From Neovahlkampfia damariscottae (lineage: Eukaryota), in the NCBI GenBank assembly GCA_016618085.1, contig JABLTG010000109.1:1-64000 (forward strand): a stretch of DNA of 64,000 nt, given 5' to 3'. A program made the position numbers and the translations under genes. Below are positions 39,657 through 51,723 of this stretch, piece by piece. Within the stretch, counting starts at the first letter, position 1. Each line of letters begins with the position of its first letter. The notes below the pieces were generated by a model, which was not told where the DNA came from, made no database searches, and was given only the letters and a program-made list of their open reading frames with translations.

Positions 39657-41147
39657 ATGAAGTGGATTGTCTCTTTATTTTTTGTTTTATTTTTAATTTG
39701 TCTGGTAAATGCTCAAACAGAGTCAAAAACACCAACAAACACTCAACAAAATGTACAACCAATATCTTCAACTGAAACAGTTGGATTAAATCAAAAAGGA
39801 GATACTCCTATGAAAATGGATCAAGTTCCTGAAAATTATAAAAAACAACCAGATCCAAAAAGACCTGAACCACCTGTTCAACCACCAAAACCTGTAGTTT
39901 CAGAAGTTTTCAGAAAACCAGCACCAAAACCTTCACCTAAAAAAGTTGAACCAAAAGCATCACCAATTACTGTTGAACCAAAAGTATCACCGAAAAAAGT
40001 TGAACCTAATACTTCACCAAAACCTGAATCACCAAAACCACAAGTTTCACCTTTACAACCAAAAGTTTCACCTAAAAACGTTGAACCAAAAGAGTCACCA
40101 AAAGTATCAACTCCAATAGTTTCACCAACACCTAAGGTTTCACCAACACCTAAGGTTTCACCAACACCTAAACCACCAAAACCTCAATGTAAAGATTGTT
40201 ATTGTCCAAAAACAATAATCAAACATTATGAAGTTCTCAAACATGTAACAAAAACAATCAAAGTTCCTCACTATATTTACTATTCAACTTTCAGAAATAT
40301 GACATTAGAACATATTACTTATTACAATCAATTTTCAAAAAATGTGAAAATTTATAAAAATGTAATCATTTATGCAAGAACTCTTTTGAAAGAAATTGTG
40401 AAAAAAGATATTATCTCAAGTTCACTTTTTTTGAAAGTTGATCAAATTCTTAGAAACAAAAGACTTTTATTAGAGAAATTAATCATTCAAAAATCATTAA
40501 CAAACAAGTTTTTAGTTGATGAATCTGAAAAATTGATTTCATTGGTTAATAAACTTGGATTGGAATCTGAAGAAGCTTCAATTTGTATTATTGTATCTGA
40601 TCAAAAAGTATGTGGTTTAATTAAAAAACAAAATTTCAGAACTACTAGAAAAGTTTTTGAAAAACAAAATTTATTTTCAACCGTTCAATATGTCAGAAAT
40701 GAACCAATCATTTTATCAATTAAAAAACAAAAAGATAATATCATTAGATTTACAAAAAAAGAACAATTTTGGACGATAAAGAAAATCAAAATTGATTCTA
40801 TCCAAAGAAAAAAAATTGAAAAAAAAGTGATTGATAAATTATCAAAATATTTTGATATCAAAAACAAAATTGAAAATTTCACATCAAAAAATCAAAATTT
40901 AATCAAATCTCTTTCATCTGATGAAGTTTCAAAACTTGTGATTTCAAAACATTTTTCTGATTTATGGAAGAAATATATCAAAATTGAATTAAAAAAAAAT
41001 GGAAAAATTAAAAAAATTGTAGTTTCATCAGTTGATGAAAAAACACCATTGATTGAAGAAATTATAAAATTACCACTTTCAATGCAAAAATTACCTGAAA
41101 AAGAGTTAAAACAAATTCTTTCACAAAATATTGATTTTTATGAATAA
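39657..41147 (+). CDS. Secreted Pro/Ser/Lys-rich protein with basic C-terminal domain (paralogue of 58173-59381)
   Basis: Signal peptide, PKVSP repeats, CKDCYCPK, Lys-rich C-terminal domain. Confidence 0.8.
   Translation: MKWIVSLFFVLFLICLVNAQTESKTPTNTQQNVQPISSTETVGLNQKGDTPMKMDQVPENYKKQPDPKRPEPPVQPPKPVVSEVFRKPAPKPSPKKVEPKASPITVEPKVSPKKVEPNTSPKPESPKPQVSPLQPKVSPKNVEPKESPKVSTPIVSPTPKVSPTPKVSPTPKPPKPQCKDCYCPKTIIKHYEVLKHVTKTIKVPHYIYYSTFRNMTLEHITYYNQFSKNVKIYKNVIIYARTLLKEIVKKDIISSSLFLKVDQILRNKRLLLEKLIIQKSLTNKFLVDESEKLISLVNKLGLESEEASICIIVSDQKVCGLIKKQNFRTTRKVFEKQNLFSTVQYVRNEPIILSIKKQKDNIIRFTKKEQFWTIKKIKIDSIQRKKIEKKVIDKLSKYFDIKNKIENFTSKNQNLIKSLSSDEVSKLVISKHFSDLWKKYIKIELKKNGKIKKIVVSSVDEKTPLIEEIIKLPLSMQKLPEKELKQILSQNIDFYE
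40119..40171 (+). repeat. 18-bp coding tandem repeat x3 (VSPTPK)
   Basis: GTTTCACCAACACCTAAG repeated about three times. Confidence 0.9.
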
Positions 41148-41304
41148 AAATTTTATGCACAAGCCCAAATCCAAATCCAAACTCTAACCCTACACATTCT
41201 TTTGAACCCTTCTTTTGTAAACAAAATAAAATAAAACGAAACTAAAAATTTTTGACATAAATCTGTCAAAAAAAAATTATTTTACATAAAAATCCTTTTT
41301 TATT

Positions 41305-42514
41305 TTAAATAGTTCCTTGTTCCTTCATAATTTCTTCAAGAACTTGTGCAAAGCATTGATCAAAAACTTTTTCAACTAAAGTTGTATCTGTAGCTGTTGT
41401 TTTTGTTGGAACAACTTTTCTTTTTTTTGATTTATTCAATGAAAGAAATGCTTCTTCAATAGTTTTATAAGCTTTATCTTCATCTAGACCACCTAAAAAA
41501 TAAATTTCAATTTTTTCTTTCTGACCTGAATATTCTTCAAAAGAAGGACAAACATTCAAATCAACTTTTTGAATTTTTGTTTTGAATTGATCAAATTTGT
41601 TTAAAAATAAAATGAATGGTTTCTTTTTGAATCCTTTATCTTTACAAATATCTCTGAATAAATTTAAAGCTTCAGTCATTCTATCTGTATCTGGATCTTC
41701 ATCACAAGCTTGATCATATTCAGAAAGTGCAGCAATAAATATAACAAAAGTAACACCATCAAATGCATGAATCCATTTTCTTCTTTCATTTCTTTGTCCA
41801 CCAACATCAACCATAAGAATTTCGTTTTCTAAATTTTTGAAGAGGTTATTTTTGTTGGTTTTTTACTTTTGTTATGAACGAATTTTTGTTCAACAATTCC
41901 AACTGTTTTAGCTCTTGAACGAAGAATATCATTAACATCTGGAATATAATCAACTTTTGCAAGTTCTTTCAGTTTTCCTATATAACTTTTTAAAAAGGTG
42001 AATAAAAAAAAAAAGAGAATTACTAATCAGCTGAATCATATAAGTTAAATTCATTTCTTCTTGAGTATGCTAATTTTAAAGCATCTGAATCATATAACGC
42101 CAAAAGTGGTTCAACCATATCTTCAGCTAAAATTGGAGTTTGAGTTTCTTCCATAGTTTCAACTATTTTTTTAACAATTTCATCATGAGTAGAATCAATT
42201 TTATATTTTTCGTCTTCTTGTTCTTCAACTTGTTCTTCACAAAATTCAATCATTGAAACAAAAATTTCATATACATTACGATGAATAAGTGGTTTGTAAT
42301 CAAGTTTTTCTTTTTCTGTATATCCACTCATATTGAGAATTTTCATTTGTTTGAAGATTGTACTTTTACCAGAGGCTCCAGCACCTAAAAGTAAAATTTT
42401 TAATTCACTTTTATCTTGTAAATCAAGTTTATCAAGCTCTTTTTCTATTTTTTTGTTTAATTGTTGTTCTTGTTTTTCTTCTTCAGTTAATCCTTGTCCT
42501 CCCACACAAGACAT
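41305..42514 (-). CDS. Heterotrimeric G-protein alpha subunit (tandem copy 1)
   Basis: [40 protein letters not shown]; three short introns. Confidence 0.95.
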
Positions 42515-42647
42515 GTTTTTGATTGATGGCTGATCTGATTGGTGGAATTATATGATTTGTTTGAAAAAAAATTCTTTGGTTTCTTTTATTAATGAATTTA
42601 TATTTATGTCACAAATCAAAAGTTATTTTTTTTTTTTTTTGTCTTCT

Positions 42648-44123
42648 TTAAAGATTTTGCTCCTCCAAAACTTTTTTAAGAACTTGAGCAAAACATTGAT
42701 TGAAAACTTGTTTTACAAGTGTTGTATCTGTAGCTGTTGTTTTTGTTGGAACAACGGCCCTTCTTTTTGATTTATTTAAAGCCAGAAATGCTTCTTCGAT
42801 AGTTTTATAAGCTTTATCTTCGTCCAATCCTCCTATTTAAAAATCAAATTTAAATCTCTTTTTTTCATACCTGTGTACTCTTCAAAAGAAGGACAAACAT
42901 TCAAATCAACTTTTTTAATTTTTTGTTGAAATACATCAAATTTGTTTAAAAATAAAATGAATGGTTTCTTTTTGAATCCTTTATCTTTACAAATATCTCT
43001 GAATAAATTTAAAGCTTCAGTCATTCTATCTGTATCTGGATCTTCATCACAAGCTTGATCATATTCAGAAAGTGCAGCAATAAATATAACAAAAGTAACA
43101 CCATCAAATGCATGAATCCATTTTCTTCTTTCATTTCTTTGCNNNNNNNNNNNNNNNNNNNNNNNNNNNNNNNNNNNNNNNNNNNNNNNNNNNNNNNNNN
43201 NNNNNNNNNNNNNNNNNNNNNNNNNNNNNNNNNNNNNNNAGCTTCAGTCATTCTATCTGTATCTGGATCTTCATCACAAGCTTGATCATATTCAGAAAGT
43301 GCAGCAATAAATATAACAAAAGTAACACCATCAAATGCATGAATCCATTTTCTTCTTTCATTTCTTTGCCCACCTACATCAACCTATCAAAAACTGTGTT
43401 AATTTTTTCTTTATTAATGAAACTAACCATCAAAATTTTGTTGTCTGTTTATAGTTTAGTTATTGGTTCATTTTAGAGTTACCATTATAAAAAAAATTTT
43501 GTTCAACAATACCAACTGTTTTTGCTCTGGAACGAAGAATGTCATCAACTGTCGGGATGTAATCTATTTTTGCAATCTCATCCAGCTTCCCAATATAGCT
43601 AAATTTATTTGTAAATAACATATTTTTATCTTTACTATTCTGCAGAATCATATAAATTATATTCATTTCTTCTTTTAAATGCAAGTTGACATGCCTCACT
43701 TTCGAATAAAGATTTCAAAGGTTTAACCATATCAGAAGCTAATATAGGTGTTTGTGTTTCTTCCATTGTCTCGACAATTTTTTTAACAATATCATCATGA
43801 GCAGAATCAAGTTTATAATCTTCGTTGTCGTTGACATCAACTTGTTCTTCACAAAATTCAATCATTGAAATGAATATTTCATAACAATTTCGATGTATAA
43901 GAGGTCTATAATCAGCTTTTTCTTCATCTGTATATCCACTCATATTTAAAATTTTCATTTGTTTGAAGATTGTACTTTTACCAGAGGCTCCAGCACCTAA
44001 AAGTAAAATTTTTAATTCACCTTGATCTTGTTTCTCTAATTTTTCTAATTCTTTTTCAACTTGAATGTCAACTTTTTTTTGTACTTTTTGTTCTTCTGTC
44101 AAAGTTGGTCCAAAGCAAGACAT
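42648..44123 (-). CDS. G-protein alpha subunit (tandem copy 2; spans assembly gap)
   Basis: Same motifs as copy 1; 17-nt micro-exon at 43428-43444; interrupted by an N-run with duplicated flanks. Confidence 0.85.
43143..43239. other. Assembly gap (N-run) with ~130-bp duplicated flanks
   Basis: 43013-43142 is repeated at 43240-43369 on the other side of the Ns. Confidence 0.95.
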
Positions 44124-44277
44124 TTTAGAATTGACCTATCAAAAAAATAACGGAAAAATTATTATAAATCTGATTGGATATCAAATTTTGGTGGTGTTTT
44201 GTATTTTTTTCAAATGAAATACAAAAAAATTTTTAAACAAAAAATTCATTTTTTTTTTTTTCCAAGTTACAATTTTT

Positions 44278-45488
44278 TTATCCTTTTAAATCTCCCAAAG
44301 CTTCTTCAAGAACAAGTGCAAAAGCTTGATCAAAAACTTGTTGTACAAGTGTTGTATCTGTAGCTGTTGTAGGTTTTGCAATAATCTTTCTTTTTCTTCC
44401 TTTACTTTGAGCTAAAAATTCTTCTTTAATTGCATTATACGCATTTTCTTCATGACAACCACCTAAATTAAAAAGGATTAAAAAATACTATTACTTTTTT
44501 GATACCTGTATAGTTTTCAAAAGTTGGACAAACTTTCAAATCAACTTTTTTAATTTTTTCCTTAAACATGTCTAATTTATTTAAAAATAGAATGAATGGT
44601 TTCTTTTTGAATCCTTTATCTTTACAAATATCTCTGAATAAATTAATAGATTCTGTCATTCTGTCAGTCTCTGGGTCTTCATCACAAACTTGATCATATT
44701 CAGAAAGTGAAGCAATAAATATAACAAATGAAACACCATCAAATGCATGAATCCATTTTCTTCTTTCATTTCTTTGTCCACCTACATCAACCTATCAAAA
44801 ACTGTATTAATTTTTTGAATTTTACCATCAGAATATTATTATCATCAAGTGTAAATTTTTGTTCAACAATACCAACTGTTTTTGATCTTGAACGGAGAAT
44901 ATCCTCAAGAGAAGGTACATATTTATCATCCGCAATCTCTTTCAGTCTTCCAATGTAACTTGTAAAATATGAGTTTAATTTTTGTTTTTACTGTTCTGTC
45001 GATTCATATAAATTAAATTCGTTTCTTCTTAAAAATGCTGATTTGAAAGCATTACATTCAAATAAAGCTAAAAGATCATCAACCATATCTTTTGTTAATT
45101 TAGGTGACTGAGTTTCATCCATTGTGTCATTAATCAATTTTATAATTCGGTCATGCTTTTGTTCTATTTTAAAATTTTCTGAATTTTCATCACCTTTCGT
45201 GACTTGGTCTTGACAAAACTCATACATTAAACTGAAAATTTCATAACAATTTCGATGTATAAGAGGTCTATAATCTGATTTTTCTTTTTCAGTATATCCA
45301 TTCATATTGAGAATTTTCATTTGTTTGAAGATTGTACTTTTACCAGAGGCTCCAGCACCTAAAAGTAAAATTTTTAATTGTTCTTGGTCTTCTTGATCAA
45401 ATTTTCTTAAATCTTTTGATGCTTTTCCATCTTGTTTTTTATATTCTTTTTCTTCTTCAGTTAGTGGGTCACCAAAACACAAGGACAT
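44278..45488 (-). CDS. G-protein alpha subunit (tandem copy 3)
   Basis: [33 protein letters not shown]; three introns. Confidence 0.95.
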
Positions 45489-45565
45489 AACACTTTTTCG
45501 TTTCAGATAAAAAAGTGTTTGATTGGATAAAAATAAACGTTTTTTATTGGCAGAATAATTTTGGG

Positions 45566-46569
45566 TTATAACAAACCAAACCTTTTAAAACTGTCTACTG
45601 TTTCTTTGATTGAGGTTTCCAATGATGTATATTCAACCTTTAAAATTTTGGAACATTTACTACCATCAATAGAGTAGATAGGGAATTTCTTCTCATCAAC
45701 TTCACATGGGATATCATAACTTGGATATAAGTATTTCAATTTCTTTGAAAAGTCAGACATTTTCATGCTTTGTTGACATAGAATAAATCTACCTTCACAA
45801 ACATGCTCGTTTTCCATGGCATTGATATGTGCTTTAGCAACATCCTTCACATCAACAAATCCTAATATACTTTGATTCACTTGTTTCTTTGATCCATTTA
45901 ATAATTTTAAAACAACTTCTGAACTAAAATTCAATTCAAAGTCGGAATGCAATATTTCACCGATTACTAATCCTGGATTAATAGAAATCATATTAATGTC
46001 ATTGTCATGACAAAATTTAGTTGCATACTTTTCAGCTTTAGTTTTTCCAATTCTATAATTTCCAAAATGTTCTTCAAGAGTTGATGTTGTGTTCCAATCT
46101 GTTTCTGTGATAATTGAGTTGTTTTTGACAGATATCGGACTGCAAACTGAAGCTATTGACGATGTAATAACTATTTTTTTGATATTTTTTTTATATTTTA
46201 AAACAGATTTTAACACATTTTCAGTTCCTTTTATGGCAGGAGAGATAATTTCTTTTTCTGAATCTTGAATCTTTTCAGCAGCTATCACAGGACTAGCAAG
46301 ATGTAAAACATAATCACATCCTTCAATAACTTTATCAAATGAGTTTATGTCCAATAAATCTGCTTCAAAAAGAGTTAGTTTTTCTGGAAATTGTTGCTGA
46401 ATTGAATGTAAAAATTTCAATTTATTTTTGTTTGAAAAATTTCGAACTGTAGCATTAACGTGGTATTTTTTTTCTAATAATTGAATAATTACATGGAGAG
46501 CAATAAATCCTTGAGGTCAAAAGAATCAATTTACCTACCATTTGCACCCGTAACACAAACTTTGGTCAT
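45566..46569 (-). CDS. NAD(P)-dependent epimerase/dehydratase (cinnamoyl-CoA/dihydroflavonol reductase-like)
   Basis: VCVTGANG/FIA across intron 46510-46538; VLHLASP; TSSIASV; YRIGK; VDVKDVAKAH. Confidence 0.9.
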
Positions 46570-46690
46570 AGATAATTGGTCTGAATGATTTAGATAATTT
46601 TTAATATTTACCAAAAAAAATTAACTTTTTGCATTTCTTTAAATTGTTTCAACTTCCAAAATTTTCTATTGGACGAATACTAATTTTTGA

Positions 46691-47416
46691 ATGTTCGGAC
46701 GTTTACTTTGTGCTCTCTTTGTGTTATTTTTGACATTTGTCTATGCTCAATCACCAATGGAAATTTTCCATCTTCATGATGAAAAGTGCAGGACAAGACC
46801 AGCCCTTGGAAGAGCAGTAAACTTTTTAAAAATTAAATTAATTTTTTATAAAGTATGAACAAGGAAGATGTTTTGCAGATTATAGAGATGTGCACAAAAT
46901 AGTTTCATGTAATTCAACTCATGTGAAGTATGAAGATGGTTGTAACTCAGACTGTTCAAAATGTGATCCTGCAAGTTTTCTTCCACTTCCAAGATGTAAA
47001 TTTCACACAAAAAAAATATTAATTTTTGACTTTTTCAAGGTGGTGGTGCTTTTGGTTTCTCTGTTAGATCATTATGTCAACCAATTCCAGCTGTTTCAAA
47101 ATTAGGTTTTTACTACAAATCATTCGAAACAAAAAAATGCAAAGAAAAATTTAAACCAACAATATTTATTGAAAATGAATTTTGTTATTCAAGATCACAA
47201 CAAAAAGATTCAAAAAATCCAATATCTAAATTATTAAATACAAAATCAAGCCACAATTCAGTTAGAATGTTTTGGAATTTAGAAAAAAATCATGCACAAT
47301 TTGAATTCTTCAAAATGACAAAATGTCAAGGAAGATATGATCAAAAAGTTGAAATTAAAGAAAATGTTTGTAGTTCACTTGATGACTACAAAGTTATTGT
47401 TTCAAAAAAAAATTAA
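46691..47416 (+). CDS. Secreted Cys-containing protein of unknown function
   Basis: Signal peptide MFGRLLCALFVLFLTFVYA; two probable short introns join Cys-rich exons. Confidence 0.6.
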
Positions 47417-47423
47417 AAAAATT

Positions 47424-48423
47424 TCATTCTTCAACATGTCTTCTTGATATGTATTCAACTACTTCAGGGATTAATATTTTACCAAGTGGTGCTAATTTAT
47501 GTTTTAAACTAAATGATTCTAATCTTTTTTTAATACTCATTCCATGTGCAATGATATCCACACAATCTTCAACTTTCATTCTTTTTCCTGCATAATGTTT
47601 TTGATTTTCAACTAAATGACGTTCTTGAATACCTGTATCAACCCATCCTGGAATAAAGAATGAAATATTAATTCCATCATTGTAAATTTCATTTCTTAAT
47701 GACTCAAAAAATCCTTGGACAGCAAATTTGGAAGCACAATATCCAGTCCTAAAAGAGACACCAACATGTCCTGTGATGGATGAAAGTATACCTATAGAAC
47801 CTCTAATTAAAAATAATTAATTTAGTTGATTTGGATTTACTTCGATTTCTTTAAATAAGGCAACGCTGCCATCGCAAAATGAACCATTCCATAAAAATTC
47901 ACGTTCATGATTTTTCTGGAAAAAATTTTAATTCAATTTTTGAGTTTTACTCTATGATGGATTTATCTTTCATGTCTTCTAATTTTATAGTTGCTGAAAT
48001 TCCAGCATTTAAGAATAAAATATCAAGTCCTCCAAATTCTTTTGTTCCTTGTTTTACAACTTCAAAACATTCTTCTTCTTTTGTAACATCACATTTTAAA
48101 TAAAATGTTTTCGCTCCTAATTGCTCACACTCTTCTGCTACTTGTTTCAGTATACTGTTGTTTTAAAAGTTAAAATTTGTTACTCTTCAGAGCGAGCACA
48201 AAGGATCAGACTTGAAATTTTAGAATTTAATAAATGTTTACTTTGTTTGATATTTGGCTATTCTTTTTGCAAACGCTGCTCCAATGCCCATTGAAGCTCC
48301 TGTTATCAAAACAGTTTTTTTTGTGAAGTATTGTTTTATTTGATCTTCTTTATTTGGTTTAAATAGAAAAGAAGTGATGAGATAGATTAAAGTTATTGTT
48401 AAAAGTGCATAAAACCACATCAT
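47424..48423 (-). CDS. Short-chain dehydrogenase/reductase (DHRS7-like, N-terminal anchor)
   Basis: LITGASMGIG, ILNAG, YCASK, PGWVDT; three short introns. Confidence 0.9.
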
Positions 48424-48459
48424 CCTCTATTCGTAATTTTGTCCAATCATACCTCAGCA
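48424..48459. promoter_or_regulatory. Putative minimal bidirectional promoter with a single CCAAT box
   Basis: Only 36 bp separate the divergent ATGs at 48423 and 48460; contains GTCCAATC (48441-48448). Confidence 0.65.
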
Positions 48460-51222
48460 ATGACGAAATTGAATTATTTGTTGTTGTTTATTTTTTTTTG
48501 TGTCTCAGTTCAGGAGACTTGTATATCATGTACTAATTCTTCAAAAGGTAAAAATAACAAAAATAATAAAAAAAACAGTTTGGTGTGGACTAGAAAATAA
48601 ATGCGTTGATTCTGAAAAAAGTTGTCGGAAAATTAAAAAAATAACTTTGTGGAAGAAAAATTATATTTCAAGAAATAATTGTCAAAATGGAGTTTATTCA
48701 AAAATAGAAGAATGTCCAACTTTTGAAGGTTTGAATTTTTTTTTTAATCTTTCAATACAAAAGTTAAATTTCTTCGAGATTTTCCAGATTATTCAACAAA
48801 CCATGTATTTCCGTTGTATGTTCAACCAATTTTAAGCTTTAAAAAAAAACTAAATGACAAAATTATTATTGGAAGTTACTTCAAAAAAAAACCTAAAAAC
48901 CTTCAAAACTCACCACTATTTTTTTCATATTTATATCACGTCAACCAAAAAAATGCTTATAATATTAATAAAAAGAAAATATCATTTCATGATCTGACAA
49001 TTGTTGGAGTCCCTGGAAAGTACTCAATTGGAATGGTAATTTTGAAAGATCAACAATGCCTTCATATCAACTCAAAAACTGATATTTATCATCATAATTT
49101 AGTTGAAAGTATATATTATGGACCTCATGTTTATGTCGGAATTCCTTTATTATTTCTTGGAGTTAGTTTATCCATGTCTTTATTTTTATTTTTCAAGAAA
49201 AAAATAAGACCTCCAGTGAAAATTTTGAAAGAAAAGGAACAACAAGTGAACCATTTCTTGGATATTGAAAGAAAATTTGATGTCAAAATGACACTCCAAA
49301 ATCGTTTTAAGCAAATATTTTTATCCTTATTTATTGATAACAATGATTTAGTTCGGAATTGTGGAACTGATTCATATTATTATACTTGGTTCAACAAATA
49401 TTTAATTATATATTCTTTTATTTGTGGTTTATTATCAATCATTTTTTTATTACCAATTTATTCAAACTCAAATGATTTCAAAATGTATACTGATTTTTCA
49501 TCAACAACAATTGCATCTATTGATTTTAGAATATCAAATTATTCATTGAATCATTTATTATTTACTATTATTTATTTAATTTTTGGAATTTTCTTTTTAA
49601 AGAAATTGAAATTTCTATCCAATATTTTGATCAAAGGAAATAAAGATTATAGCTCATTATATACAGTCATGATTACAAATTTGAATCCAAATTTAATTAA
49701 ACAAGAAGAATTACTTCAGGAATTTCAAGAACGTTATGGTATGAATAATGTACTTTCTGCTCATGTATCTTATGATTTAAGTAGAATTTCAACGTCAATC
49801 AAAAAAAGAGAAGAATTATCAACTATTTTAGAAATGAAGAGGAATGAGTACTTACAAACTAATATTAGACCAAGTCATAAATCAAAAATATTTGGAAAAA
49901 AAATTGATTCAATTGATTTTTATCAAGAAGAGATTATGAAATTAAATGAAATTATTAAACTTGAAAAAATGAAAGAAGTTCAAGGAACTGGTTATGGATT
50001 CATTACTTTTAATTCAATTGAGCTTGCAAGGAAATGTATAAATGAGAACTCATCCTGGGATATTTTTGGTTTTCCAATTTTTTGTTTGAATTATGAAATT
50101 GAAAGTGCACCTGAATTTGATGATATTTTTTGGGATAATATGAGTATTGGAACCATTAGAAGGACAATTACTTCTTGGATCTTTAATTTATTATTGTTGA
50201 TTTTTTTATTTTTGATTTATATCATAACCTATTTTACGTCGGTTTATCTTTATAAAAAATATCAATGGAGTTCTTGGCTGACAGATTTTATATCTGAATT
50301 TCAATCAACAAAAGGAATTTTAAGAGTATTATTTGAATTATTACCAATTTTAGTTTCAATTTTAAATGAAGCAATTAAACCAATCATTGATTTAGTTTCA
50401 AGGTTTGAGAGTCATATCACAAGAATAACATATTCGACTTCAATATTGAAAAAGACACTAACAATGATGTTTTTCAATTATCTCATTTTTCCACGCTTGT
50501 ATTCATATTTTGTTGGTATTTGGTCAGTTCCATTTTCTGATGAACCTTTTAACAATTATATTTATTTTTTCAATTTAAATGGTGTATCAATACTTCAACA
50601 ATCAATTGCCCTTTGTACAATTGCCAAAGGATTAGAATTATTTTTCTTATTTATTGGTCAAATGGTGAAGTTATTTCTTCATGGATATATTGAAAGACCA
50701 AAATTTGATTATGAAGGTAATCTTGCATTTAGAGTTGTATTTTTGATATTATGGTTGGTATATGGCTCAATTCAACCGTTAATATTTCCATTTATCTTGT
50801 TGTATTACATTGCGACTTATGTATTGGATAAAATTTTGATAATGTATCTTTATGAAAGATCAGAAGATTCAAATGGTCATGCAATCAAATATGTGTATGA
50901 AAATCTCTATTATTACTTCATCATTTTTCCATTTATCGTTTTACTTCTGACACCTTCAAGTTTATTGATGTTCAAAACTTGGATTTTATATTTACCATCA
51001 GTTTTTTTATTCATTTATTATTTGAGATATTTGAAGAGAACTGATAAACAAAAAGAGAATTTGATAATTTACGGAAACAAAATTGATGATAGTTCAAATG
51101 GGAATATTGATGTTTCGATTCTTGTTGGAAAAGAACAAAAGTTGTCATTTGAAGAAATTGAAATTGATTTTACCAAGATTTCAGCGAAGTATCAACATCC
51201 ATATTTGAAATTATTAAAGTAG
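48460..51222 (+). CDS. OSCA/TMEM63 (CSC1) channel with signal peptide and Cys-rich PSI-like ectodomain
   Basis: CGTDSYYY, YTVMITNL, GYGFITF, APEFDDIFWDNM, FESH and multiple TMs; 5' exons encode a signal peptide and TCISC...WCGLENKC. Confidence 0.85.
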
Positions 51223-51344
51223 ATATTTGAAATTGTCCAATGAAATGAATTTATTTTTTAATAAACTTCTATCGGAAAAACCAAAAGAAATTATATCAAG
51301 CACGCTTGAATTTTAGTAACAAAGTATGTCCATCAAGGATTAAT

Positions 51345-51550
51345 ATTCATCTTTCTTGGCCACACGGCTTTAATCAAGTGTAGCATCTATTTATATCAGT
51401 TTAACAACTGATATAAACTTCACGTAGGAACTGAGATCCTCATTGTTAGCTTATTGTTTTAAGGGGCTATAATGTTGTATCTTATTGATTAATTTCAATT
51501 TGAGATCCTCATAGCAAGTTTCTTCTTGACCTGACACTTCATGTCAAGTT
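51345..51550 (+). ncRNA. U2: U2 spliceosomal snRNA (divergent)
   Basis: ATCTTTCTTGGCCACACGGCTTTAATCAAGTGTAGCATCT aligns with the U2 5' consensus; stem IIa TATCAG-loop-CTGATA; loop complement TTGTTAG (51443-51449); long stem III (51466-51515); terminal stem CTTGAC/GTCAAG. Ends are approximate. Confidence 0.9.
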
Positions 51551-51723
51551 TGATTCACCCATTTGTCAATCAAAAGAATTTTTCAATTTTGAGATTTTTT
51601 GTTGTCCAAAAAAAAAGAGAAAAACAATAAAAAACTAACACCCATTTCTTTTTTTTATTGGTCAACTTTTTACTGTCCATTATTGGTTCATTGATTTTAA
51701 ACGTCTCGTGATTTGAAACGTTG

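Noticed and set aside
43013..43369. ~130-bp direct repeat suggesting an internal duplication or a fourth G-alpha
   Set aside because: The copies exactly flank the N-run, typical of unmerged contig overlap. A hidden extra copy cannot be excluded without long reads.
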